58,440 bases of DNA. Source: a virus. Its lineage: Duplodnaviria > Caudoviricetes. The notes under the pieces are model-generated. The model was given only the letters and a program-made list of their open reading frames with translations, was not told the origin of the DNA and did no database searches. The position numbers and the translations under genes were made by a program. The first letter of the stretch is position 1. Each line of letters starts with the position of its first letter. The stretch is from IMG/VR virus record IMGVR_UViG_3300027757_000006, positions 1 to 58,440 of that record. One strand, 5' to 3'. Shown in pieces: positions 30,001-38,703 of this stretch.

Positions 30001-30637
30001 AAAAAATCTTGGCTCTGTACGTGGAGTGGCAGATGGTCTCTGCGATCTGGACTCGACCGCCAAAATTCCAGTGGCGAGGATACCCGACCTAGATGATGCT
30101 GGCCTGATTCAAAATGCTTCTACTGCGGCCAAAGGTATTGTTGAGCTTGCTACTGGTGCTGAAACGCTTGCGCTAAGTGATGCAACCAGAACTGTAACTC
30201 CATCGTCACTAAGCAGCGCAAGAGGTGTCGCTAACGGTTTTGCAAGCCTGGATGCAACAGGTCTTGTGCCAACGGCGCAAATCCCGCCAGTTAACCCAGA
30301 GGACGTAATTAAGCTAACGCCTGCAGTTTGGGTAAGCGGTCAAGACAACTTTGCAAATTCAACAAACTTTACTTTTGTGCAGAATGCAAACACGGTTGCG
30401 ATTGATTTAGGAACACCGCTAAATCCTGTACCTGGGGCTTCTGGGTTTATTTTGGTTACTAGAGCGGCTGGAGTAAACAGGCCATTTACTTCAATCAATG
30501 GGAGCAATTGGTCTGGAGTAGTAAACACTTTTGTAAGCCCAATAACTAATTCAGAAGGATTGTCGGGGAACGTGTTGATTGGATATTATGTTGCAACTTC
30601 AACCAACATAGTTTTCACCGCCTCTATGGTTGCTTAA
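27020..30637 (+). CDS. Tail fibre / tail spike protein
   Basis: PFKTLNRGLIEAAR and ILPRGVSIIGADLRK motifs (cyanophage fibre type); ATETQRGIVKLAT-type fibre repeats. Confidence 0.85.
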   Translation: MAIVTPGQPGAIDNIDISQNTFRTQAGEVTSAVLRLAGGEVDSTSTTTLYVNHEIGSDKFVAGIADNTVTPPLSNQQLTCGYSESAPFKTLNRGLIEAARLSVQSGVGNDLYDRVLIKVAASEYVVDNTPSTGLTVSQWPNDYEPTEEDLRAFNSEDMGIILPRGVSIIGADLRKSVIRPRSVPSAGGNPVTDRGSLFKTTGGSFFFNFTFKDSLTYQSSHHLLQAFSFCSQSDLTAYYQKIATAFNLSSSDVEVINPGETQITTEYPDNQVSAATDSVKGSSGYVFNCSLRSDYGMCGMYLDGSDGVSGLRSMVVAQFTIVALQRDMNAWQIYTGGSWQTCSGYNEYINADSNDVRSRISGNFSPSTGCYEVDYRSFGFKVTNSALTQEVSCFVIGSNVHHWTASGGECTITNSNSNFGNTALLSSGFRGISTTGGAFAQDKGFQALRIRRPLKVKTDGSNIRRIGIGNVSSLGYDSATGAINLQVAFDPETAFANNGYSLKEGDYIWIENSSRSEGPGASASQAIDVRAKLASVPFDSANPTQIIVVDGGIDDPSVNNISTISNQTLEGNRVYIRRLSDTRKPEEREYSLVVSGSATTRRPVGNYILRLGNRSTLNQQLDPTNNPNEVFIVSTSKDSDNSFGSDVYKIVIRPGDSASSFNPSTFYRVGTPVSRNNRVFRSKRNKRFSTFSAENFEASLPMLPDERGVELLRTSSGPLLILDNDLSNSPTSTDLGINQSTNSLILDQVRSSTDFQGVSSLMRAIGYTAQDVGLQENGTLSGTVLEQQDTEVLRDWNPADPLSPVPSGKINSRTNWPLEFNRPSIIRAFAHAYEFVGYGNYTKALPKYQATPLSQQNKIDYFAVNLLGGRCYNTGFNEDGLLVQGNVITDLGTNQTVNSEIAGLGALAGDPDFPATPTDFETLSVTQLLQSSQRTELTNEVLINGTVEGSVTFADGVLPEATETQRGIVKLATDSDAAGISNPSNANDVDALTAKNLGSVRGVADGLCDLDSTAKIPVARIPDLDDAGLIQNASTAAKGIVELATGAETLALSDATRTVTPSSLSSARGVANGFASLDATGLVPTAQIPPVNPEDVIKLTPAVWVSGQDNFANSTNFTFVQNANTVAIDLGTPLNPVPGASGFILVTRAAGVNRPFTSINGSNWSGVVNTFVSPITNSEGLSGNVLIGYYVATSTNIVFTASMVA

Positions 30638-30639
30638 TT

Positions 30640-31590
30640 ATGGTCACTGCAGTACCCGCTTTTTTTGGCAGCAAGGCTCGCACTCGCAAGCCTGCTGCTG
30701 TAGATGTCACAGTCTTGTTTGACGAATCTGGTTCTAACGGTAATTTTATCAATGCGTTTAAGGACAAAGCAAACATATTGTCAATTGAGAGTGCCTTGGC
30801 GGCTGAAGGCGTGGGCACTGAAACCTTTTTAAATAGATATAGTATTGGAGGCTTTGGCAATGGTTTATTTGCAGACACTAGCCCGGACAAAGTTTTTATT
30901 GACAGCAGTGAAATCTCAGAAGCAAACTGGGGAGCTACTGATCCTGGTTCTGAGTTAGGTGCAAATTTTGAAGACGAAACAGGAGCTATTTACGCTATCG
31001 CAAGGCCAGGGGGTCCAAGAGGTTCTTTAGGTGCTTTCAGAAGCAAAGATGACAATATTGCTCGAATTGTTATTTCAGAATCAACAGAAGAGGCGTCAGG
31101 CAATTTAAGAAATGGTGAGCAATTGGACGCTTTGATGAGAGGCGGTGACTCTCAGATATTAGTTTTTATTGATGGTCCTGACCTGCGATTTAACCAAAGT
31201 AGAGATTTAGAGCCAAGTTGTAGTCAGCTCAATGCTCTTATAAGTGCCGGAACTGTCCCTAGCGGTTCTAGGGTTTACGGTTTCGTTTTTACAGGGCAAA
31301 CTGAAGCTACAGTTATTTTTTCGCCCGCAACCGTCGCTTCCAGTACTCAATTAAGTGACTTAACAATTGTCAAAAACATTGACAAGACAACTCTTACTTG
31401 TGAAGGGTACTTTTCTGGAGTGAGTCAAGGCGCAAACAGTAATGGTGACAGCTCAACGAACGTCGGGCATTACGCGGAACTTACAGGCGGAGCTGTATTA
31501 GCACTAACGGCTTGCGGGGACAACTTCCCGTTGACGTTTGCCGTCCTAGGTAAAATACTAGGAGAGCTGTTGTTTGATGCTTCGTTGTAG
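30640..31590 (+). CDS. von Willebrand A (vWA) domain virion protein
   Basis: VDVTVLFDESGS (DxSxS MIDAS) and YAELTGG motifs. Confidence 0.65.
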   Translation: MVTAVPAFFGSKARTRKPAAVDVTVLFDESGSNGNFINAFKDKANILSIESALAAEGVGTETFLNRYSIGGFGNGLFADTSPDKVFIDSSEISEANWGATDPGSELGANFEDETGAIYAIARPGGPRGSLGAFRSKDDNIARIVISESTEEASGNLRNGEQLDALMRGGDSQILVFIDGPDLRFNQSRDLEPSCSQLNALISAGTVPSGSRVYGFVFTGQTEATVIFSPATVASSTQLSDLTIVKNIDKTTLTCEGYFSGVSQGANSNGDSSTNVGHYAELTGGAVLALTACGDNFPLTFAVLGKILGELLFDASL

Positions 31591-31640
31591 CAGCTAGAAT
31601 TAGCTCACTGGTCAATACCAGAATCTTCGCTCGATAGCAG

Positions 31641-33899
31641 ATGGCCCTTGATATTGTTCACAAGAAGAGTGGTGTATCCCAAAGGCTTCCGGTCGCTAGC
31701 GATCTAGGGCTAGGCGAAATTGCCGTAAATTACAACGCTGACGGCCCATTTCTGACATGCAAAGATACTGCCGGGAATGTCCGAAAAATTAACAATATTT
31801 GGGTTAGCGCCACTGCGCCTACTGGGGCGAGCCCCGGCGACCCTTGGCTTGACACAAGCGTAACCCCGGCAAGGCTTTTTGTATATCAAGATTCTTCGAC
31901 GCAATTCACTCCTGCAATAACAGTAAACACAGCAACTTCTAGCGCAAGTGGCACTGTTCAGCTTGCTAGCGCAACTGACATTACTAATGGATCACCTGGG
32001 CGTGTAGTAGATGCTTCTCAGCTGCAAGCTGAAATCGGCAGCTTTCTTGTTGGCGTTAACGCAACATCTCCTTTGGCGGTTGGCGGAAACTCAACCCAGC
32101 CAAACATTTCAATTACTCCTGGCACGGCAGGCCAAATACTTAGAACCAACGCACAGGGCAATGCGGTTGAATTTACAAGCGATTTAAGCGTTCCTGGAGA
32201 CTTAGAAGTCATAGGCGATGTTTCCGTAGGCCCTGGAGCGCCTTCTTCTCCTAGCCTAACTATTCATTCAAACGGCGAGATTACTGCTGGAGCATACAAC
32301 AATATTGACATAAGTCGTGGCGGCAATTCTGTTTTAAGCAACACAAGTGTAGGAGTACAAAACTTAGGCAGCAATACTACTGGGACTGGAAATTCTTCCT
32401 TCGGAAAGAAATCTCTTGAGAGCAATACCGAAGGAAGCGGTAACACATCTGTTGGGCTTAAATCTCTGCAAGCGAACACAACAGGGTTTCATAATACTTC
32501 GGTCGGGGAATCGGCTCTTATTGATTGCACAACAGGGTCTAGAAACGTAGCGGTCGGCAATAAAGCAGCAGGTGATCTTATCGGAGGAGAGAATAATACT
32601 GCATTGGGAGTTGGAGCTTTAAGGCTTTCGACAACAGGAGAATACAATGTCGCGTTAGGGCACGATTCTGCATACCACTTCAGCGGAAACAATAATACAG
32701 TCATTGGGGCCTATAGAGGCAATTCAAGCGAAACAGCGATAAGTGATACCGTAGTTATTTCAGCAGGCCGAGCAGAGAAACTTAGAATTAATTCAAATGG
32801 ATCTCTAATTTTTGGTGGTTCGTTACCTGCCAACCCCAATATTCAGCTTGATGACAACGGAGATGGAGCCTTCGCTGGTTCGGTCACGATTGCAGGTGAT
32901 TTGACTGTCAGTGGAACAACAACAACACTGGATACCCAGAATCTTCTGGTTGAAGATAAGAACATTGAGCTTGGCGTAGTGGCAAGCCCCACAAACACAA
33001 CCGCAGACCTTGGAGGAATAACACTTAAAGGAGCCACAGATAAAACCTTTAGGTGGTTACAGAGTAGAGAAAATTGGAGATCATCTGAACATTTAGACCT
33101 TGCACTTAATAAGGAATATCGAATCGCCGAGACAAAGGTTCTAGACGCTACAAGCTTGGGTACAGGCATTGTCGGATCAAGCCTGACAAGTGTCGGCACG
33201 ATTGCTATAGGTTCTTGGCAAGGAACTGAGGTCGGAGTTGCGTATGGGGGAACCGGACAGACGACTTATACAGATGGCGAGCTTCTTGTAGGCACCAGCA
33301 GTGGGTCATTAGCAAAAGCCACTCTCACTGGTGGCACAGGGCTTACAACTGTTAACGCTAGTGGATCCATTACGCTCAACTTAGACGACACGGCTGTAAC
33401 GCCAGGAAGCTACACAAATGCAGCAATCACGGTAGACCAGCAAGGAAGGATTACGGCTGCTAGCAATGGAAGTGCAGGATCCTATCTAACTGCTTCAGAT
33501 ATTGGCGTAACTGTCGAAGCGTTTGACGCTGCAACAGTCAAGGAAGACGAAAATCAAACATTTACTAAAGCTCAACGTGGAAGTATCACAGCATTAGCCG
33601 ATGCAGCCAATATAGCGGTCAATTTAAATGAAAATAATTTTTACAGCGTAACGCTCGGCGGAAACAGGACACTTGACAACCCGACAAACTTAGCCGCTGG
33701 GCAATCCGGTTGTATTTTTATTAGTCAGGATGGAGTGGGAGGCAGGACGCTCGCATTCGGGAGCAATTACGATTTTGCTGGAGGTATTACTCCAGCCCTT
33801 TCGGCTGCCCCTGGTGCTGTTGATGTTTTGAGTTACGTTGTCCGTCTGGCCGGAGTAAGCCCTTCAATTATTTGCACACTCGCAACCAATTTTTCTTGA
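31641..33899 (+). CDS. Long tail fibre protein
   Basis: LGLGEIAVNY N-terminus, NTxxG beta-roll repeats, ITVDQQGRIT, NRTLDNPTNL C-terminus. Confidence 0.85.
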   Translation: MALDIVHKKSGVSQRLPVASDLGLGEIAVNYNADGPFLTCKDTAGNVRKINNIWVSATAPTGASPGDPWLDTSVTPARLFVYQDSSTQFTPAITVNTATSSASGTVQLASATDITNGSPGRVVDASQLQAEIGSFLVGVNATSPLAVGGNSTQPNISITPGTAGQILRTNAQGNAVEFTSDLSVPGDLEVIGDVSVGPGAPSSPSLTIHSNGEITAGAYNNIDISRGGNSVLSNTSVGVQNLGSNTTGTGNSSFGKKSLESNTEGSGNTSVGLKSLQANTTGFHNTSVGESALIDCTTGSRNVAVGNKAAGDLIGGENNTALGVGALRLSTTGEYNVALGHDSAYHFSGNNNTVIGAYRGNSSETAISDTVVISAGRAEKLRINSNGSLIFGGSLPANPNIQLDDNGDGAFAGSVTIAGDLTVSGTTTTLDTQNLLVEDKNIELGVVASPTNTTADLGGITLKGATDKTFRWLQSRENWRSSEHLDLALNKEYRIAETKVLDATSLGTGIVGSSLTSVGTIAIGSWQGTEVGVAYGGTGQTTYTDGELLVGTSSGSLAKATLTGGTGLTTVNASGSITLNLDDTAVTPGSYTNAAITVDQQGRITAASNGSAGSYLTASDIGVTVEAFDAATVKEDENQTFTKAQRGSITALADAANIAVNLNENNFYSVTLGGNRTLDNPTNLAAGQSGCIFISQDGVGGRTLAFGSNYDFAGGITPALSAAPGAVDVLSYVVRLAGVSPSIICTLATNFS

Positions 33900-33908
33900 G
33901 GTAGAACA

Positions 33909-34583
33909 ATGATTCCAGGCGGCATCTCCCCATTACTTATCACATCAAGCACAAGCCAATGGCTAGTAGTTGACACTTGGGATGTCAATACACAAGGAGA
34001 CTTGATGTCTTTCCCAAACTCACAGTCTGGGGACATGTTTCTCTTTGTGGCATCTTCAGATAACTCACAGCCAAATATTCAAAGCGGAAACGGCGTGAGT
34101 GTTATAGAAAGAAATCAAGTTAACACCGTAGGCTACGGCATTTTTGGAGTTCCTAATCCTGGGTCATTAACCTCTTTCCGTATGACAGATGTGCTTCAAG
34201 ATTTCGATCAAGCCATAGCTTTCACGGTTAGAGCGGATAATAATTTCACAAATACAAATGGAGTCACGTATAAAGGAGATAGTCTTAGAGCTACAGGATC
34301 GGGGAATACTCCAAGCCATGACAATCTTTCCTCAAACTATTCCGCAAATTCATTAGCACTTCAGCTCGTCTTTTGGAATCGTGACAATGTAAATAAAAAT
34401 AGATGGTTTCCTCCTTCAGGGGCGACTTTGATAGAGTCTTCAACAAGCGGGAGTAACACAGGGTCGTTAGCAGTTTCCTTTCAACCGATTGGAGCAGCAG
34501 GCAGCTATTCGTGGGGTGCATGGGGGCAACTAAACGTGTCAGATGACTGGGTAACTATACTGGTTGAGATCATTGAGCCATAA
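33909..34583 (+). CDS. Fibre-associated beta-rich protein
   Basis: QSGDMFLFVASSD motif, S/T/N-rich, follows the fibre gene. Confidence 0.6.
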   Translation: MIPGGISPLLITSSTSQWLVVDTWDVNTQGDLMSFPNSQSGDMFLFVASSDNSQPNIQSGNGVSVIERNQVNTVGYGIFGVPNPGSLTSFRMTDVLQDFDQAIAFTVRADNNFTNTNGVTYKGDSLRATGSGNTPSHDNLSSNYSANSLALQLVFWNRDNVNKNRWFPPSGATLIESSTSGSNTGSLAVSFQPIGAAGSYSWGAWGQLNVSDDWVTILVEIIEP

Positions 34584-34722
34584 AACTATCGGTCAACATA
34601 CTCTCGAAAACTGGAAGCGCGTTAAGCAAGCCTTAGAAGAGGCAGGGAAGACAGACTGCATGTTTTACAAACGTGCAGTTGCAATCTTGTCTGGTAGGCT
34701 AGACCCTTTAGACTTGAAATAA
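34573..34722 (+). CDS. Small hypothetical protein (49 aa, not in ORF track)
   Basis: Hand-translated: ..HTLENWKRVKQALEEAGKTDCMFYKRAVAILSGRLDPLDLK; resembles a small cyanophage family; TTG start uncertain. Confidence 0.6.
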   Translation: MSHKTIGQHTLENWKRVKQALEEAGKTDCMFYKRAVAILSGRLDPLDLK

Positions 34723-34736
34723 CAAGGCTAGGATTC

Positions 34737-35012
34737 GTGATTGAAATTTACGCTGCGATCCTAGGCGCGTCCCTTGGTATAGCTGGGATGAGTGTCTCTG
34801 GGTTTACTAGGCGAACCAGCGAAAGCCGTGAAGCGGTTATTCGCCTCACCGCTGGTGTCGAGTCTATTGCGACAAAACTTGAAGACTTGCATCAGGACAT
34901 GAAGGCGGAAAAAGTTCAGGCCAACGCTGATCGCCGTGAAATTTACGAACGCCTGAATGATCACGGGAACCGAATAACTGTTTTAGAAACCACCAAGGCT
35001 AGAATCGACTAA
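34737..35012 (+). CDS. Membrane-anchored coiled-coil lysis-region protein (holin/XhlA-like)
   Basis: N-terminal hydrophobic helix, coiled coil, RITVLE end; lysis cluster. Confidence 0.6.
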   Translation: MIEIYAAILGASLGIAGMSVSGFTRRTSESREAVIRLTAGVESIATKLEDLHQDMKAEKVQANADRREIYERLNDHGNRITVLETTKARID

Positions 35013-35029
35013 GAATCAACGGCATTCAA

Positions 35030-35179
35030 ATGGGCATCGAAGAAGTTTTGGCACATCCAGCCTTTTGGATTGTGGTAGCAGCAGCTAGTGAGCTGATTGG
35101 AATGAGCAAGCTTAAGGACAACTCAGTGTTTCAACTCCTGTTCACTGTTCTGCGTTCTTTAAAGGGAAAAAAGGGCTGA
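35030..35179 (+). CDS. Holin-like small membrane protein (49 aa, not in ORF track)
   Basis: MGIEEVLAHPAFWIVVAAASELIGMSKLKDNSVFQLLFTVLRSLKGKKG; hydrophobic with basic tail, upstream of the endolysin. Confidence 0.7.
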   Translation: MGIEEVLAHPAFWIVVAAASELIGMSKLKDNSVFQLLFTVLRSLKGKKG

Positions 35180-35391
35180 TCCCTGCTGATGGGAGGTGGT
35201 TGTTTAGATTCTCAACGCGATCACCGCTTGAGGGATTGAAGCGCGAAATTCAACGTCGTAAATTCGAGGCAACCCTAAAGCCTCGGATTGACGCTGAGGT
35301 TGAACGCTGGCATAAATCACAGCCGCCAGTCATGCCACCACCCCAGATCAACGACCTGCACATTAAATCACCTTGGAATGACGAACAGTAA
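35170..35391 (+). CDS. Probable -1 frameshift extension of the holin-like gene (ORF 35200-35391)
   Basis: Slippery G GGA AAA AAG at 35164-35173; the -1 frame is open through 35391. Confidence 0.6.
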   Translation, partial: KGLIPADGRWLFRFSTRSPLEGLKREIQRRKFEATLKPRIDAEVERWHKSQPPVMPPPQINDLHIKSPWNDEQ

Positions 35392-36451
35392 AGCAATCAC
35401 CCTGGAACAGTTGTTTCGCTATTACAAAGGCTTGCCGCATCAAGCCGCAAGCATCTCACTTCTAGAAGCAGACCTTGCGAATATTGGCTATGAAGCTGCT
35501 ATGCGACGTGATCGGGAATGGTTCGCAACATGGAGCCAATCAGGCAAACAGTCTGATCACAAGCAAGCATTAGAACTTATTAAGAAGTTTGAAGGCTGGC
35601 ACGCAGAAGCGTATAAATGCCCTGCCGGTTACTGGACGATTGGATGGGGAAATTTGTCGCATCTTGACGGGCGACCCGTAAGGGAAGGCGACTGGATCAG
35701 AAGAAAAGAAGGCGATGCTTTACTGGAAGGCACAGTAGACAAAATCGACGACAAGCTTTCTCAGACCGTTCCTTACTGGTCAGAAATGGCGGAGAATCAG
35801 CAGGCAGCATTGATCAGCTTCGCCTACAACCTTGGTTCTGGATTCTATGGCTCTGAAGGTTTTGAGACAATCAGCCAAAAGCTTCGTGATAAAGACTGGA
35901 AAACTGTTCCTGACGCGATGCTGCTCTATCGAAACCCTGGGAGCAGCTTTGAAGCCGGTCTGAAACGTCGGAGGCAAGCCGAGGGCAAACTCTGGAAAGG
36001 CGGAGATCAATCGCCGCCAGCTGAAACAGCAAAGCTCCGGCCTGGGTCTGCGTTTACCAGTCGGCTGACCCCCCACATCACGCTGGGCGAGTTTGCGCTG
36101 AATCTAGAAGAGCGACGGTTCAATGAGCAGCATCAGTTAGATACTGCTGCAACTCTGGCGGCATTTCTAGAGCGTGTCCGTGGCAGGTTTGGCGGAAAGC
36201 CGGTGGTCATTACGTCTGGCTACAGGCCACCAGCGATCAATCGATCAGTCGGCGGAGCTAGCGGTTCGGAGCACTTATACCCCGCGCCAGGCGTTGGCGC
36301 TGTGGATTTTTATGTACAGGGCGCTGACATTTACGCCGTACAAGAATGGTGTGACCAAAATTGGCCGCATAGTTTAGGATATGGAGCTAACAAAGGATTC
36401 GTCCATCTCGGTATGCGAGAAGCCGGTCCAAGAATACGCTGGGATTACTAG
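35378..36451 (+). CDS. Endolysin: GH24 lysozyme plus peptidase M15 domain
   Basis: FEG..EAYKCPAGYWTIGWG lysozyme motif; TSGYR..N..VGG.SGSEH..AVD..FVH M15 motif; ATG 35378 preferred over TTG 35288. Confidence 0.92.
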   Translation: MTNSKAITLEQLFRYYKGLPHQAASISLLEADLANIGYEAAMRRDREWFATWSQSGKQSDHKQALELIKKFEGWHAEAYKCPAGYWTIGWGNLSHLDGRPVREGDWIRRKEGDALLEGTVDKIDDKLSQTVPYWSEMAENQQAALISFAYNLGSGFYGSEGFETISQKLRDKDWKTVPDAMLLYRNPGSSFEAGLKRRRQAEGKLWKGGDQSPPAETAKLRPGSAFTSRLTPHITLGEFALNLEERRFNEQHQLDTAATLAAFLERVRGRFGGKPVVITSGYRPPAINRSVGGASGSEHLYPAPGVGAVDFYVQGADIYAVQEWCDQNWPHSLGYGANKGFVHLGMREAGPRIRWDY

Positions 36452-36453
36452 AA

Positions 36454-36969
36454 ATGGTGCTTTCCGATCTCGAAATTATTTCGCTGTGCTCCGGCGGAGC
36501 AATGAAAGACTGGTCCGAAGATCTGATCAACCCGGCATCGCTTGATGTAAGGCTGGGCAGTGGATTGATGATTGAAGTCGCAGGGCAGAAAGACCTGCTC
36601 CATGTTGACATCTCCAGCCGAACAGAAAAGAACCCTTATCGATTGACGCCAGGTGAGTTTGTCCTGGCTGAAACGCATGAAACATTTAAAAAAATACCTG
36701 ATCACATTTGCGCTCAGTTTGCCTTGAAATCAAGCAGGGCTAGAGAGGGATACGAGAATCTACTTGCTGGGTGGATCGATCCAGGCTTTTGCAACAGTAA
36801 ATTAACCCTCGAATTAGTAAACGTAAGGCGTCATTACGACCTACCGCTATACCCTGGCCTGAAAATAGGCCAGATCATTTTCATGAGAATGAGCGAAGTC
36901 CCTATGAACAGTTACTCGAAGACGGGTCGCTATAACGGCGATTCGACGGTTCAAGGCAGTAAAGGTTAA
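36454..36969 (+). CDS. dcd: dCTP deaminase
   Basis: INPASLDVRLG, KSSRAREG, AGWIDPGF, LTLEL and KIGQ motifs. Confidence 0.93.
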   Translation: MVLSDLEIISLCSGGAMKDWSEDLINPASLDVRLGSGLMIEVAGQKDLLHVDISSRTEKNPYRLTPGEFVLAETHETFKKIPDHICAQFALKSSRAREGYENLLAGWIDPGFCNSKLTLELVNVRRHYDLPLYPGLKIGQIIFMRMSEVPMNSYSKTGRYNGDSTVQGSKG

Positions 36970-37012
36970 GCTACCCTCTCGGCTAGCATTAGTAAGCCTG
37001 ACAACGGCAGTA

Positions 37013-37645
37013 GTGGCAGCTGAGTTTAGGCAGTGTCGAAGAAGCAGTCTGTGCCGGGAGTACCTCAGCACAGACCTAATGAAGCATGAAAAAAATGGAT
37101 GGGTATGCGATCCTCACATGTGCCCCCGGAGGGTGCCGGAAAGTAATAATTCTTATCAAGTCGAAAAACGCTATCTGACAACAGCGAGAATCATGTTTCT
37201 AACCTCGGCCAAAGAGGACCAAGACCCTGAAGAGTTTAGTGAAATATTTGCATCAAGACTAGAAGAGTTGACAGAAGAAATAGTAAGTTTTGACCTAGAA
37301 GTTGTGCCGTTAAATGGCGGTTTTATTGGTCATGAGATCATAGGGTCCGAGCTTGTACCTAAAAAAGCAAGCAAACACAGGTTCAGAAAGCAGATTTTAG
37401 ACGAATGGGATAATTGCTGCGCCTACTGCGGCCAGCCCGGTGACACCTTGGATCACATCCTTGCTAGATCTAAAGGCGGCAGTATGAGCGTCACTAACAA
37501 TCTCTTATGCTGCTGCAGGTTTTGCAACGGATCCAAGAGCGATAAACCTGTATGGGAATGGTTTAGGGCGCAGCCCTTTTGGAGCCAAGAACGGGAAGAC
37601 CATATCAAATACTGGATGGAGCATGGAACTTTGGATCAGCCATAG
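37013..37645 (+). CDS. HNH endonuclease with acidic N-terminal extension
   Basis: CAYCG..TLDHI..SKGG..N...CCRFCNGSK; start codon uncertain. Confidence 0.85.
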   Translation: MAAEFRQCRRSSLCREYLSTDLMKHEKNGWVCDPHMCPRRVPESNNSYQVEKRYLTTARIMFLTSAKEDQDPEEFSEIFASRLEELTEEIVSFDLEVVPLNGGFIGHEIIGSELVPKKASKHRFRKQILDEWDNCCAYCGQPGDTLDHILARSKGGSMSVTNNLLCCCRFCNGSKSDKPVWEWFRAQPFWSQEREDHIKYWMEHGTLDQP

Positions 37646-37883
37646 AAGGCATCATGTGATACAAATAAGTCTTTGCACGACAGAAGTCATCTGAATACCT
37701 GCAAATAGCTCCCCCTCGGCTGCAAGATCGGTAGTAGACGCCTTGCGTGCTGTCATTTAAAACCTCAATATAAAAACCATTGCCAAAATCTATAGCCCAG
37801 CTGGGTACATCAGTCGTTGATCCAAAAAGCGGAGCATTGGCTGGCAAATCTTCCGCCACTTGATTTCCCCTCCGCAAAACCAA
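37605..37883 (-). CDS. Hypothetical protein
   Basis: ORF in the - strand cluster; YYRSC..G.ICRYSDD motif; start uncertain. Confidence 0.55.
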   Translation of the reverse strand: MVLRRGNQVAEDLPANAPLFGSTTDVPSWAIDFGNGFYIEVLNDSTQGVYYRSCSRGGAICRYSDDFCRAKTYLYHMMPSMADPKFHAPSSI

Positions 37884-38118
37884 GGCTGCATTCTGATTGT
37901 ACTAACTTCCAGTGCAGGCACTGCCAGCAATACGGTTTCGGATTAGCGACTGCACGCAAATCAGCATAAAGTTGCTCGCCCTGCAATATTGCGCTTTCGG
38001 CATCTGTTGCATTTAAAGCTATCTCAAAAGTGTCGTATTCAGTGGTAATGGTTGCAAGCCATTCTCCGCTTTTGTCGGAAATATTCAATTTGCCAGAGTG
38101 AGAGCGATGACTTGTCAT
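37810..38118 (-). CDS. Cys-cluster (metal-binding) hypothetical protein
   Basis: CWQCLHW...CSLGF.E....A.QC. Confidence 0.7.
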   Translation of the reverse strand: MTSHRSHSGKLNISDKSGEWLATITTEYDTFEIALNATDAESAILQGEQLYADLRAVANPKPYCWQCLHWKLVQSECSLGFAEGKSSGGRFASQCSAFWIND

Positions 38119-38288
38119 TTGAGACGATTAAGAAATGAGGCTTTTAGCTCTTGCGCTGACGCACGTGCGTCTGACTCAGTTTGCTCTGGATTGCCCCAAT
38201 AAACAACTTTCCCATCAAAATACCAGGGCTTGAAGTATGAATCTACTCCGTGTGCAATTAATTTTATGCCTATTTCTGAAGTGTTCAT
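38115..38288 (-). CDS. Hypothetical protein (57 aa, not in ORF track)
   Basis: MNTSEIGIKLIAHGVDSYFKPWYFDGKVVYWG...; ATGA overlap with the next gene. Confidence 0.65.
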   Translation of the reverse strand: MNTSEIGIKLIAHGVDSYFKPWYFDGKVVYWGNPEQTESDARASAQELKASFLNRLK

Positions 38289-38406
38289 AGTGAGTGCTAG
38301 AGTTTTCGTTCAACTTGATTCCGAGGAGTCATCTTGTCCTGATGCGTATGGGGAGCGCATGAACCAAGCCATGCAGGCGCGAGAGCCGGTGGCATCCCCT
38401 CCTAAT

Positions 38407-38703
38407 TCAGTCGTGATTTAAGATCAAGTCTTGCTCCAAAGCTTTCAGTTCCGTTGCGGCACATACTCTCATCTGGTCATGCTCGGACGATGAGTTGAAG
38501 CCATCCCAGAGCACGGCAAGATATTTACGTTGATGGCCGTCTTTTCTTGTCTTGGTCCTAAGTTCTGTTACCGTGCCAATCCTCGACGAATATCGACGCT
38601 GATTCTCTGGCTTAACAGCAATACCGAGATGAATACGAGGCTTTTCTGCAACTCGATCACCAACGGCGAACTTGAACGGTGTGCGGCGTGATTCTTTTGT
38701 CAT
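38407..38703 (-). CDS. SH3/KOW-like small protein
   Basis: FAVGDRVAEK..RIGTV..YLAVLWD; ATG 38703 overlaps the thyX stop (ATGA). Confidence 0.65.
   Translation of the reverse strand: MTKESRRTPFKFAVGDRVAEKPRIHLGIAVKPENQRRYSSRIGTVTELRTKTRKDGHQRKYLAVLWDGFNSSSEHDQMRVCAATELKALEQDLILNHD

Noticed and set aside
35288-35377. TTG start for the endolysin
   Set aside because: It overlaps the upstream ORF extensively; ATG 35378 gives a more plausible N-terminus
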